From contig OZ242320.1 of the NCBI GenBank assembly GCA_965208125.1, forward strand, positions 1,600,001-1,664,000: 64,000 bases of DNA. Reading direction: 5' to 3'. Each line of letters begins with the position of its first letter. Position 1 is the stretch's first letter. Origin of the DNA: Candidatus Latescibacterota bacterium. Lineage in GTDB: Bacteria; Latescibacterota; UBA2968. Shown piece after piece: positions 9,240 through 17,826 of the stretch. The translations under genes were made by a program, and so were the position numbers. Below the pieces are notes generated by a model. The model did not search any database, was not told where the DNA came from, and saw nothing but the letters and a program-made list of their open reading frames with translations.

Positions 9240-9289
9240 AGCATGACGAAATACAGGAACACCGCTATTTTCAAAAAACAAGGAGATAC

Positions 9290-10318
9290 ATGGAACGGCA
9301 GACATACGTGGTATTTCTTATACTTTTTATCTCCAGCCCAGTCTTCGCGCTCACGGGTCGCGTCATCAACCAGACCCTCAACCGTCCCGAACCCGATGTC
9401 GAAGTCTCGTACATCCTCCATGAGACTGGAGACGTCACCGTAATGCGCGACACCACCGACAGCAAAGGACAATTCATCCTCGACGTCCCCTCAGACCCGG
9501 GCGCCGAACCACCGCCCATGCTATTCGCCCGATACAACGGCATAGACTATCCCGGCAACCCGGCACCTGCGGGCGACACCGTTGACATCTCCGTATTTGA
9601 AACCACGGAATCCGACACCGCCATATCCCTATCTTCACACCACATCCTCCTCGACGCCCAGGCTGGCACAGTCACATATATTTTCATCGTACACAACCAC
9701 GGCGACCGCACCTACCTCACGGGCGGCGACCACGGTCACGGCCTGGAAATACCCCTGCCCGACGGCGTAACCGACTTTATCCACGCACCGCAAGGCGTAC
9801 ACCTGCACGATACATTACTCGTTGACCCGCGCCCCATCATCCCGGGAAATAGCCAGACCTTTTTTACGTTTTCCATACCCCCGTCCAACCGCATCGCACA
9901 ACGCATCACCTATCCCACCGCAGGCCTGGACTTGTTCGTCCAACCGGCCGATACCCCCGTCTCCACAACAGTACTTCGAGACCTCGGCGGCATAACCCTG
10001 GGCGATCATGTCTTTCAGCGCTTTGGTGCCGAACAACTCGCGCCCGGCACACAGATCGACATCGCACTCTCATCGTCCGAAATCACATCCAATTTACAAA
10101 CCCCAATATGGATTGCTGCTGCCAGTGTGGTCGCACTCGCAATCCTCGTCCTGTACATGCGCACGCTCAAAACAACGCCCAATCGGCGCACAATACTGCT
10201 CGAACAAATCGCCGACCTCGACGAGCGATATGAAAACGGCAACCTCTCGGAAACCGATTACAAAAACAGGCGCAATGCCCTCAAAGCCGAAGTCATTGAT
10301 CTTTCAGATAGCAACTAA
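9290..10318 (+). CDS. Ccm-associated exported protein (beta-sandwich domains, C-terminal TM plus CcmI/SHOCT-like tail)
   Basis: RBS AGGAG before ATG 9290; signal peptide ending VFA; C-terminal TM then LLEQIADLDERYENGNLSETDY..RR..LK; stop overlaps the ccmA start. Confidence 0.75.
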   Translation: MERQTYVVFLILFISSPVFALTGRVINQTLNRPEPDVEVSYILHETGDVTVMRDTTDSKGQFILDVPSDPGAEPPPMLFARYNGIDYPGNPAPAGDTVDISVFETTESDTAISLSSHHILLDAQAGTVTYIFIVHNHGDRTYLTGGDHGHGLEIPLPDGVTDFIHAPQGVHLHDTLLVDPRPIIPGNSQTFFTFSIPPSNRIAQRITYPTAGLDLFVQPADTPVSTTVLRDLGGITLGDHVFQRFGAEQLAPGTQIDIALSSSEITSNLQTPIWIAAASVVALAILVLYMRTLKTTPNRRTILLEQIADLDERYENGNLSETDYKNRRNALKAEVIDLSDSN

Positions 10319-11025
10319 TGAACGCGGCCATCGACATACAGAATACCACCCGCCGTTTTGGTCATATCACGGCCCTGCAAAACATAAACCTCACCGTACT
10401 AACGGGATGTATTTTTACACTCTTTGGTCCAAACGGAGCGGGCAAAACAACCCTGTTGCGCCTCATCGCCACACTATCAAAACCTTCATCGGGCGACATC
10501 TGGGTCAGCGGTATAAACACCCGGCGCAATCCGCATGAAATACGCAAAAACATCGGATTCATCTCGCATCAAACCATGCTCTACGACGACCTCACAGCGC
10601 GAGAAAACCTCGCATTTTACGGACGCATGTACGGCCTTCAAAACCTCAATACCCGAATTGAAGAAGTCCTCCTCGCCATTGGCCTGAAAGATCGCCAGCG
10701 CGACCGGATACACAAATACTCCCGGGGCATGAAACAGCGATTGGCCATAGCCCGGGCCATCTTGCACCACCCATCGACCCTCTTGCTCGACGAACCCTTC
10801 ACCGGCCTCGACACATCGGCTCAGTCGGTATTATCCAGCATAATCACCACCCTCAAAGCAGAAGGACGCACCATCTTCCTGGTCACACACGACCTCGCGC
10901 GGGGCCTCGCACTCGCAGACCGCTTTGGCATCCTCTTCCAGGGCCAATTAGTACACGAAGCATCGACAAAAGACATCAGTGAATCCGAATTGCAAACCCT
11001 CTACGAAAACAAAACCACCCTCTGA
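10318..11025 (+). CDS. ccmA: Heme exporter ATP-binding protein CcmA
   Basis: GPNGAGKT, YSRGMKQR, LLLDEP; operon context. Confidence 0.9.
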   Translation: MNAAIDIQNTTRRFGHITALQNINLTVLTGCIFTLFGPNGAGKTTLLRLIATLSKPSSGDIWVSGINTRRNPHEIRKNIGFISHQTMLYDDLTARENLAFYGRMYGLQNLNTRIEEVLLAIGLKDRQRDRIHKYSRGMKQRLAIARAILHHPSTLLLDEPFTGLDTSAQSVLSSIITTLKAEGRTIFLVTHDLARGLALADRFGILFQGQLVHEASTKDISESELQTLYENKTTL

Positions 11026-11028
11026 AAA

Positions 11029-11700
11029 ATGCCTCTTTTCCTTACACAAACCCGCGCCATTCTCCAAAAAGATCTCAAAACCGAATGGCGTACCAGAGAA
11101 CGCCTCAGTGCCATGGCCTTCTTCGCATTTCTGATCGTCATCATCTTCAATTTCATATATGAACCCGGATCGCCAATCATAAAAACCGTAGCCCCCGGCA
11201 TCTTCTGGATCGCCACAGCTTTTGCAGGACTGCTGGGCCTCAGTCGATCTTATGCCATCGAACAACAAAACGACTGCCTGATGGGATTGCGCCTCACACC
11301 TGCGGACCCGGGAGCGATCTTTTTGGGCAAAATGCTGGGCAACACCCTCACCATGCTCATACTCCAGACACTCATCTTGCCCATCATCGTCATCTTTCTC
11401 AACTTGGAAATCGCACAGGCACTCCCGCGTCTAATCCTGCCCATCTTGCTGGGCACCCTCGGCCTTGCAGCCATTGGCACCCTCTTCTCTGCCATGTCGC
11501 TCAACACCCGCCTGCGAGAAGCCTTCTTGCCCCTGCTCACACTGCCCATCTTCATCCCGGCACTCCTCGCAGCCATCGAATCCTTTCGCGCAGTTCTCGA
11601 AGGCAGTGAAATCACAGACTGGCTCGTACTCAGCGGAGCCTTTGTCGCGCTCTACATCGCCGCCTGCCTGCTCTTATTCGAATATGTCCTGGAGGATTAA
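11029..11700 (+). CDS. ccmB: Heme exporter permease CcmB
   Basis: KDLKTEWR, 6 TM, LLTLPIFIP. Confidence 0.92.
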   Translation: MPLFLTQTRAILQKDLKTEWRTRERLSAMAFFAFLIVIIFNFIYEPGSPIIKTVAPGIFWIATAFAGLLGLSRSYAIEQQNDCLMGLRLTPADPGAIFLGKMLGNTLTMLILQTLILPIIVIFLNLEIAQALPRLILPILLGTLGLAAIGTLFSAMSLNTRLREAFLPLLTLPIFIPALLAAIESFRAVLEGSEITDWLVLSGAFVALYIAACLLLFEYVLED

Positions 11701-11702
11701 CA

Positions 11703-12380
11703 ATGCCCCAAAAACCCTACATCCTTCCATTTGTCTTCGGCATCCTCGCGCTCATCTGCCTATCTATCGCGCCCTATCTGGTATTCGTTTACGCCGGAAT
11801 AGAAAAAGAAATGGGACTGGCACAAAAAATCTTCTACTACCACGTCCCATCTGCTTTCTCAATGTTCCTGGGCAGCTTTCTCTGCTTTGTCTTTAGCATC
11901 TTCTACCTGTGGAAACGCGACAAAAACTGTGACCTGTGGGCTGCTTGCTCAGCCGAAGTGAGCCTGCTCTTTAGCACCCTGGTCTTAATCACAGGCGCGA
12001 TCTGGGCAAAACCCATCTGGGGCGCGTGGTGGGTCTGGGATGCACAACTCACACTCACACTCATACTCTGGCTCACTCTCGCGGCGTATCACATGTTGCG
12101 CGCCTACCTCGAAGATCCGGTTCAAAGTGCGCGCTTCCGCGCAGTACTCGGCATAATCGGCTTCCTCAACGTACCCTTCATCCATTACGCCACCAAACTG
12201 TGGCGCACGCACCATCCCGAAGTGGTTCGCGGCGAAGAAATCAGCCTGCCACCCGACATGAAAGCGGCCTTCTTCTTTTGCGTCATCACCTTCTTCGCGC
12301 TCTTTTTTGCCCTGCTCTTCAAACGCGTATCGCTCGCAAAAGCACGGGACGAACTCGAATCGCTCAAAGCCGAAATATAA
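11703..12380 (+). CDS. ccmC: Heme exporter CcmC
   Basis: YYHVPSA, WAKPIWGAWWVWD, WRTHHP. Confidence 0.95.
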   Translation: MPQKPYILPFVFGILALICLSIAPYLVFVYAGIEKEMGLAQKIFYYHVPSAFSMFLGSFLCFVFSIFYLWKRDKNCDLWAACSAEVSLLFSTLVLITGAIWAKPIWGAWWVWDAQLTLTLILWLTLAAYHMLRAYLEDPVQSARFRAVLGIIGFLNVPFIHYATKLWRTHHPEVVRGEEISLPPDMKAAFFFCVITFFALFFALLFKRVSLAKARDELESLKAEI

Positions 12381-12398
12381 CTTTTTCCGGAGGAACTT

Positions 12399-12548
12399 AT
12401 GCAACACCTCGAATACATGACCGCGGCGTACATCATAATATGGGTCGCCATCTTGCTCTACTTTTTGAGCCTATCCAAACGCGAAAAAGCAATCTGGGAA
12501 GAACTGCGCGAATTGCGCGCCACCATCAACAAAGACAACACCCCATAG
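12399..12548 (+). CDS. ccmD: CcmD (49 aa), absent from the ORF track
   Basis: RBS GGAGG; MQHLEYMTAAYIIIWVAILLYFLSL then a charged helix; directly after ccmC. Confidence 0.85.
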   Translation: MQHLEYMTAAYIIIWVAILLYFLSLSKREKAIWEELRELRATINKDNTP

Positions 12549-12551
12549 CCC

Positions 12552-13355
12552 ATGGCCATCAAAAACGCCAAAAAAATTCTGAACCTGAAACGCCGCAAAA
12601 TGCGTCAGGCAGAACAAAAATATCTCATAGAGGGCATTCGCCTCTGCGAAGAAGCACTCAAAAGCAGCGACACCCTCGAACAACTCATCTTCTGTCGCGA
12701 AAGCATCGCCCGCAACACGCGCCTCGAAAACCTCTACCAGGCAACTCTCGCACAACACATCCCCATCCAGCAAACCGACTGGCGCGCCTTCAAACACATG
12801 TCAGACACAGACACACCGCAAGGCGTACTCGGCGTGGTATCAATGCCGACCTGGGACCGCAAAACCGTCCTCAACACCAATGGTCCATTCCTCATCCTCG
12901 ACCGCATCTCCGACCCCGGCAACCTGGGCGTCATCATGCGAACAGCCGAAGCCGCCGGATGCAAAGGCATCTTTCTCACCCGCGGATCCGTCGAAGTCTA
13001 TAACCCCAAAGTCGTGCGCGCCACCATGGGCACCATCTTTCGCATGCCCGTCTTTCCCCTCCAGGACGGACCCGCCCTATTACACCAACTCCACCAGCGC
13101 AACATCCAGATCATCGCAGCACACACCAGCGGCATATCCTTCCACAAACTCCAAACCCAAAAACCCGTTGCCCTCCTCCTCGGCAACGAAGCTTTTGGCA
13201 TCGATCCCGCCATCCTCGCCCTATCCGATCACACCGTCACCATACCCATGGCCGCCCCGGTCGAATCGCTCAACATCGCAGTCGCAAGTGGCATCCTCCT
13301 CTATCAAATTCAACACATCGGGACGGCACAGGGGCCGTCCCCTACACCTGAATGA
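12552..13355 (+). CDS. TrmH/SpoU family RNA methyltransferase
   Basis: DPGNLG.IMRTA, GNEAFG, ESLNIAVA. Confidence 0.93.
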   Translation: MAIKNAKKILNLKRRKMRQAEQKYLIEGIRLCEEALKSSDTLEQLIFCRESIARNTRLENLYQATLAQHIPIQQTDWRAFKHMSDTDTPQGVLGVVSMPTWDRKTVLNTNGPFLILDRISDPGNLGVIMRTAEAAGCKGIFLTRGSVEVYNPKVVRATMGTIFRMPVFPLQDGPALLHQLHQRNIQIIAAHTSGISFHKLQTQKPVALLLGNEAFGIDPAILALSDHTVTIPMAAPVESLNIAVASGILLYQIQHIGTAQGPSPTPE

Positions 13356-13390
13356 TTTTAACCGTAGGGGCGGTGCCCCCGTGCCCGCCC
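13320..13390. repeat. GTAG-type REP doublet (REPIN-like), copy 1
   Basis: GGGACGGCACAGGGGCCGTCCCCTAC...GTAGGGGCGGTGCCCCCGTGCCCGCCC; the same arms occur at 24777-24851. Confidence 0.88.
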
Positions 13391-13402
13391 GTCAGATGGC
13401 AT

Positions 13403-13437
13403 AAAAAAACCCACCCGCCATCCTCGCGAGTGGGTTT
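13403..13437. terminator. Hairpin terminator between convergent genes
   Basis: AAAAAAACCCACCCGC-loop-GCGAGTGGGTTT. Confidence 0.65.
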
Positions 13438-13457
13438 CTGTCGTAATCATCGTCTCA

Positions 13458-14495
13458 TCAATCAAATTCCGAAAGCTTGACCGTGCGTCCCTCTGACGCC
13501 GAAAGATCTGCGGCAAAATTGACGCGGTGGGTCTCAAAAGCAATATCAAAATTCGTACGCTCCATCGGCTCATTCGCATTGATACCATCCACGAACGCCT
13601 GGAACTGTGGCTCATAGGGATGATCTGCCACATCGCCAGAGTCAATCAGCGACGTCTCCAGCGTACTCCATCTCTCTTTGCTCATGCCGTGCAACTTGTG
13701 CGAATAGATGCGATTGTCCAGCAAGCTACCTTCGGAACCGACGAGATGAATATGAAAATAATACGGCTGCAAACAATCGACACACGAAGTCACCTTTGCC
13801 GCATTGCCATTGGCAAATTTGAGAAGAGAAACCGTGGTCGTATCGTATTCATAAGGTTCAAAAATATCGGACCTCGATCTCGTAGCCAAACTGGTCACCT
13901 CCTCCACATCGCCATCCATAAAAAACAGACACGCATCCAGAGCGTGACACCCTGCGGTGAGCAAACTTGACCCGGCAAAATCCTTCTTCACATTCCATTC
14001 AAATTGCCCATACCAGGGACCAATGCCGTGGTAGTAATCAACCTCGCCATAGTGCAACTCGCCGAGCAACCCCTCGTCAATAATCGAGCGGATCATAGAA
14101 AAGTGCGCGCTAAAGCGACACTCAAAACAAACACATGATTGCACACCGGCTGCTACAATCGCATCGCGCACCCGTTTGAGATCCTCGTAAGACAGACATA
14201 TAGGCTTTTCAATCAGCAAATGTTTGCCCGCCTCGGCAGCCGCAACCGCCTGATCGGCGTGAAATTTGTGTGGCGTACAAATATCGATAATATGAATATC
14301 GGGATCTGCGATCATCTCATCGTAATTCTTATACGCCTTCAAAGGCGTGCCGTATTGTGCCGCAAGATCATCTTCGTTGTGATCCCGGCGAGAACATATC
14401 GCCGTGACATTTGCACCATTGACCGCCTTAAAAGTATCAATATGTGCCCCAGCTACCCAGCCGAGTCCAACAATGCCGACATTGAGATCGCTCAT
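13458..14495 (-). CDS. Gfo/Idh/MocA family oxidoreductase
   Basis: [18 protein letters not shown]. Confidence 0.93.
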   Translation of the reverse strand: MSDLNVGIVGLGWVAGAHIDTFKAVNGANVTAICSRRDHNEDDLAAQYGTPLKAYKNYDEMIADPDIHIIDICTPHKFHADQAVAAAEAGKHLLIEKPICLSYEDLKRVRDAIVAAGVQSCVCFECRFSAHFSMIRSIIDEGLLGELHYGEVDYYHGIGPWYGQFEWNVKKDFAGSSLLTAGCHALDACLFFMDGDVEEVTSLATRSRSDIFEPYEYDTTTVSLLKFANGNAAKVTSCVDCLQPYYFHIHLVGSEGSLLDNRIYSHKLHGMSKERWSTLETSLIDSGDVADHPYEPQFQAFVDGINANEPMERTNFDIAFETHRVNFAADLSASEGRTVKLSEFD

Positions 14496-14551
14496 GAAAG
14501 CCTCCGTGATTAAATGGGGGATGTATAATTCATTTGTTGTGGTGAAACGAC

Positions 14552-14790
14552 CTATAAAGTTTTTTTAAAATTTTTCTTTTCATGCCTTCGGCGACCTACT
14601 TTTTTTCAGCAGCAAAAAAAAGTAGGCAAAAAATGCCGCTCTCAGACGCCGAGGGGCTGGCACAGCGCAAACCGTTTTTGTGATAATACGCCATGCTGTG
14701 GCCTGCACCCTTGGAATGGAATAACAATGTCCGCTGCGAGACGGACTCACGCGCTGTGTCGATGACTTGAGACTTTGACCAGTACTATAG
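14552..14790. mobile_element. Non-coding structured insertion, MITE-like
   Basis: Hairpin CCTACTTTTTT...AAAAAAGTAGG (14595-14626); ends CTATA...TATAG; no ORF. Confidence 0.4.
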
Positions 14791-14792
14791 TT

Positions 14793-15110
14793 TCAGGCGA
14801 GGGTTTTTTCATATAGTACTTTGCCTTCTTTCAGGGCGGGATATAATACTGTGCCCACAGTGTTTCCGAATTTTGCAACCTCTTCGGGCGAGACAATAAT
14901 AATATCCTTTGGTACATGGATATCGTGAAGGGCAATGCCTATAGCGACGCGCTCCTTGCGTTTAGAACCTTCTATTTTTTTGATGACCAAAAGATCAATA
15001 TCACTGTCCGAGACAGCGGTTCCCCGTGCATGAGAACCAAAAAGAACGATCTTTATGGGATTGAATTGTTCGATAATTCTGCGCGTCATTTCTCGAATGG
15101 CTGTTTCCAT
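14793..15110 (-). CDS. Minimal nucleotidyltransferase (MNT/MntA-type antitoxin)
   Basis: LFGSHARG...DSDIDLLVI; C-terminal KEGKVLYE. Confidence 0.9.
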   Translation of the reverse strand: METAIREMTRRIIEQFNPIKIVLFGSHARGTAVSDSDIDLLVIKKIEGSKRKERVAIGIALHDIHVPKDIIIVSPEEVAKFGNTVGTVLYPALKEGKVLYEKTLA

Positions 15111-15125
15111 AACCGCAACCTTACA

Positions 15126-15308
15126 TTAGGGTTTGGGTATGGGTTTACCCAATTCGCTATAGGCTTGTATCATCTCGTTGAGCGCATCTTGTAGTAATTC
15201 TGTGCATTCTTGTAGCGTCGCCCCTTCCGTCACCACTTCTGGCCAATCCAAAAGCTGCCCCATATAACCCGACGGAATTGGCATATAGCAAGCATTGTAT
15301 TGTTTCAT
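15126..15308 (-). CDS. HicB-like antitoxin (short)
   Basis: Y.G....WPEVVTEG.TLQEC...LQDAL..MI.AY...GKPIP; start uncertain (15308 or 15353). Confidence 0.8.
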   Translation of the reverse strand: MKQYNACYMPIPSGYMGQLLDWPEVVTEGATLQECTELLQDALNEMIQAYSELGKPIPKP

Positions 15309-15373
15309 TTTAATCGCCTGAGTTTGAGCCGGAGTTTTTTTACCCCGGCTCATTTATTTTCAGCATCCCCAAT

Positions 15374-15613
15374 TCACGAAATCCGGCTTTGAATATGCGG
15401 TTGAATTTCCTCGTATTCTGGAAAGCGTTTCTCCTTGAGTTTGGAGAACACCAGTTCGCCATCAACCGTAACCTCAAAGCGACCACCACTGGACGGAATC
15501 AGGGTAATAGCTTCGATATCCTGCTTAAACGCATTGACAATTTGATCCGTCATCCCGACGGATTGTGGTTCATAGCCTCAAGATGCGCAATATTCAATTT
15601 CTATCCGGGCCAT
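15374..15613 (-). CDS. Rdx (SelT/SelW/SelH) family selenoprotein, 79 aa, Sec at codon 12
   Basis: RBS GGAGG; MARIEIEYCAS-TGA-GYEPQ...LIPSSGGRFEVTVDGELVFSKLKEKRFP; CxxU motif with TGA at 15578-15580. Confidence 0.93.
15545..15563 (-). promoter_or_regulatory. Putative bacterial SECIS hairpin
   Basis: ATCCGTC-GGGAT-GACGGAT: perfect 7-bp stem with a G-rich loop, starting 14 nt after the UGA. Confidence 0.75.
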
Positions 15614-15702
15614 GTGACGCCTCCTTTTGAAAAGAGTGGAGAGAGAATGAGCAACCTTGTTAAAGAGGCTCTTCGACATATCATGCCTCCCATTATAACC
15701 AA

Positions 15703-16461
15703 TTAAAAAACCGCTTGCCTAAAAAATGTACCCGTGCGTTTCGGCAAAAAAGACGCGAGATCATCAAAATTGAGATCCACGCCCAAATCTCTTGCCGCGT
15801 GGCGGATGTTATGCCAGCAATCCGCACAGTCATCTCCGGCGAGCAACCCATCGACCTGCCTCGAAAATTCCCTCGCCTCACGGCGATCCACAGGGAAAGG
15901 ATAATCAGCCGTGCGGAAAAAGTCACCAACAAAATCATAGTGCCGCCGACGTTCTCTGGAAAAATTCGCATCCTTGCGATGTACAGAAAGCCATTCTGCC
16001 GCGCGGATGAGATGATAACCAAAATACGCCATTGCCGGATTGGAAATCCGCGCCTTATTGTGCCTGGGACTCTCCACATGCACACTGCGAATAACCGGAC
16101 CGGGCCAATAAATATCCTTGCGATACCGCTCCGTGCGGCGATCATATCCAAAGCCATCGAGTACAAAACCACTCGTCGAGCGAATCGTCAGCGCCAAACG
16201 CTTTTGCGAAAACCGATCGGGCTGCCGCATCAGGGCTTCACGCGTAAAATCTGGAATCCCAAACAGCGCGCTATACGCATAACAGAACACGACATAAGCA
16301 TGTGACACCGGCAACCAGAACACCTCACCGAGCCGTCGGGACAGGGCATCGTATTTCTCATCCAGAAAAAACCGCCCATCCGACAGCGCATCAGCCACAC
16401 ACACCGGTTCTGTAGAAAACGCATCGACAAGATTCTGGATAATATCGCGGTTATTTTTCAT
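15703..16461 (-). CDS. Hypothetical protein, possibly MpaB/DUF2236 oxygenase-like
   Basis: IRSVH, ISNPAMAY, Y.FVG.FF....YPFP....EA..F resemble that family; weak. Confidence 0.55.
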   Translation of the reverse strand: MKNNRDIIQNLVDAFSTEPVCVADALSDGRFFLDEKYDALSRRLGEVFWLPVSHAYVVFCYAYSALFGIPDFTREALMRQPDRFSQKRLALTIRSTSGFVLDGFGYDRRTERYRKDIYWPGPVIRSVHVESPRHNKARISNPAMAYFGYHLIRAAEWLSVHRKDANFSRERRRHYDFVGDFFRTADYPFPVDRREAREFSRQVDGLLAGDDCADCWHNIRHAARDLGVDLNFDDLASFLPKRTGTFFRQAVF

Positions 16462-16893
16462 GCATCGTTTTCCGATTGTGACACTTCAGAGGATGCTTCA
16501 GTTGAGGCATTATTGAGAAGCTGCTCGACATGATCATAGAGCCTTTGTGCTTGTTCCGATGCATCAGAACGATCTAAAGGGGTCATCCGTCATTTCAGCG
16601 GCATCGTATCGAAAATTAACAGCATATGCTGTATATTCGACCAGATCCCAAAATGACTCGACATCACATCCATTCTCTTCGAGAATCGCAAGCAATCTCG
16701 CGATATTGTGGTTTAATGGGAACGCAACGCCAATAGCGATAATCCAGGCTTTTAACGATTTCGCTATCGTCTGCTGAACATGAAAACCAAAAATTTCATC
16801 ATCAAATACTGTCGCATCATCCATGCCTTTTAATGCACGCAAATTTTTTTCCGCCATCGAGAGCATAGCACGCGCCTCATCAACCTCGTTCAT
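16458..16893 (-). pseudogene. HEPN domain toxin with an apparent frameshift near the 3' end
   Basis: FGFHVQQ..KSLKA, HNIARLL, YAVNFRY; the frame stops at 16564 but the +1 frame reads PLDRSDASEQAQRLYDHVEQLL... to a TGA overlapping the next ATG. Confidence 0.75.
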
Positions 16894-17078
16894 AGAGTAC
16901 TATTCCTTCTTTCTGATTCTTTGGAATCAGCGAATTTGTATTTACCAGATCGCCTGAATTCTTTCTCTATCTTCTGGTAATGGGCGACCAATTGTCCAAT
17001 ATCGTGTCCAAATCTCGCTGAAATTTCATGTCGGATTCTGCGAACTTCATTAATCTCTTTATTTCTCATTTTAATCAT
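16890..17078 (-). CDS. Small hypothetical protein, same family as 2871-3044
   Basis: INEVRRIRHEISARFGHDIGQLVAHYQKIE. Confidence 0.65.
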   Translation of the reverse strand: MIKMRNKEINEVRRIRHEISARFGHDIGQLVAHYQKIEKEFRRSGKYKFADSKESERRNSTL

Positions 17079-17325
17079 CCAAATCCTTATGCCTCCCACC
17101 CGCTTGCACAAGGGCTTTATCTGTCAACGGTTCTTCCGGCTCTCTTCCCTGTTCCTTGCAAAACGCAAAATACTCCTCAATTGACTTCTGCATCTCTTCC
17201 CTCACTTCCGCTACGGATGATCCATAGAACGTGATCACGTCATTGATATTGATCACCGTTCCGTGAAATGCGTCAATCTCAGGATCAAACACAATATCCG
17301 CGAGATAACCTTTGTATTCAATCAT
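17071..17325 (-). CDS. hicB: HicB family antitoxin, C-terminally truncated
   Basis: MIEYKGY...FHG.V.NI.DVITF.G.SV.E...EM..SIEEY..FC...GREPE.P; the usual DNA-binding tail is absent. Confidence 0.85.
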   Translation of the reverse strand: MIEYKGYLADIVFDPEIDAFHGTVININDVITFYGSSVAEVREEMQKSIEEYFAFCKEQGREPEEPLTDKALVQAGGRHKDLDD

Positions 17326-17576
17326 GGCATAACCCCCGCATTTTCAAGAAATCTTCGCAGATCTCTTACTGCACCCTTATCCATATTTGGACTCGGATGT
17401 GGGCGATGAAAAACAGCAACTCTATCATTAAGCGACACAGCAACTCTCGATTCCGCACGTTCACTGAGGACTGCTCCCAAGGTCTTCAACAAGGCTTCAA
17501 CATCTCGCCATTTGATATTGCCCGATATAGGATGTGCAAAGATCGCATTAAATGTTCTCCAGTGACGTTTATTCAT
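17322..17576 (-). CDS. hicA: HicA family toxin
   Basis: IKWRDVEALL..LGA, SRV, FHRPHP; ATGA overlap with hicB. Confidence 0.88.
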   Translation of the reverse strand: MNKRHWRTFNAIFAHPISGNIKWRDVEALLKTLGAVLSERAESRVAVSLNDRVAVFHRPHPSPNMDKGAVRDLRRFLENAGVMP

Positions 17577-17826
17577 ATTCCCTGACCCAAACTACCCTGT
17601 TTCCAACAGTCCTCACATTGTTTACTCTAACCAGCTTCCCAAAGCATACTCAGAAATGTGTATTCTTTCAAGTGCTTTTCTGATTGTGCGTTCAAATTTC
17701 CGGCTTTTGAGACCAGAGGCGCGACGGATACTTGAAGAACCGTGTTTGCGCTTGACGAGTGCATGGAAGGCACGTAGATTTTGCTGTGCCATGCATCGTA
17801 TTGAAAAACCATCACAAGGAGCAAAA

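Noticed and set aside
9188-9289. N-terminal extension of the 376-aa ORF in the track
   Set aside because: It derives from the duplicated rpn fragment; the real start is ATG 9290 with an RBS and signal peptide
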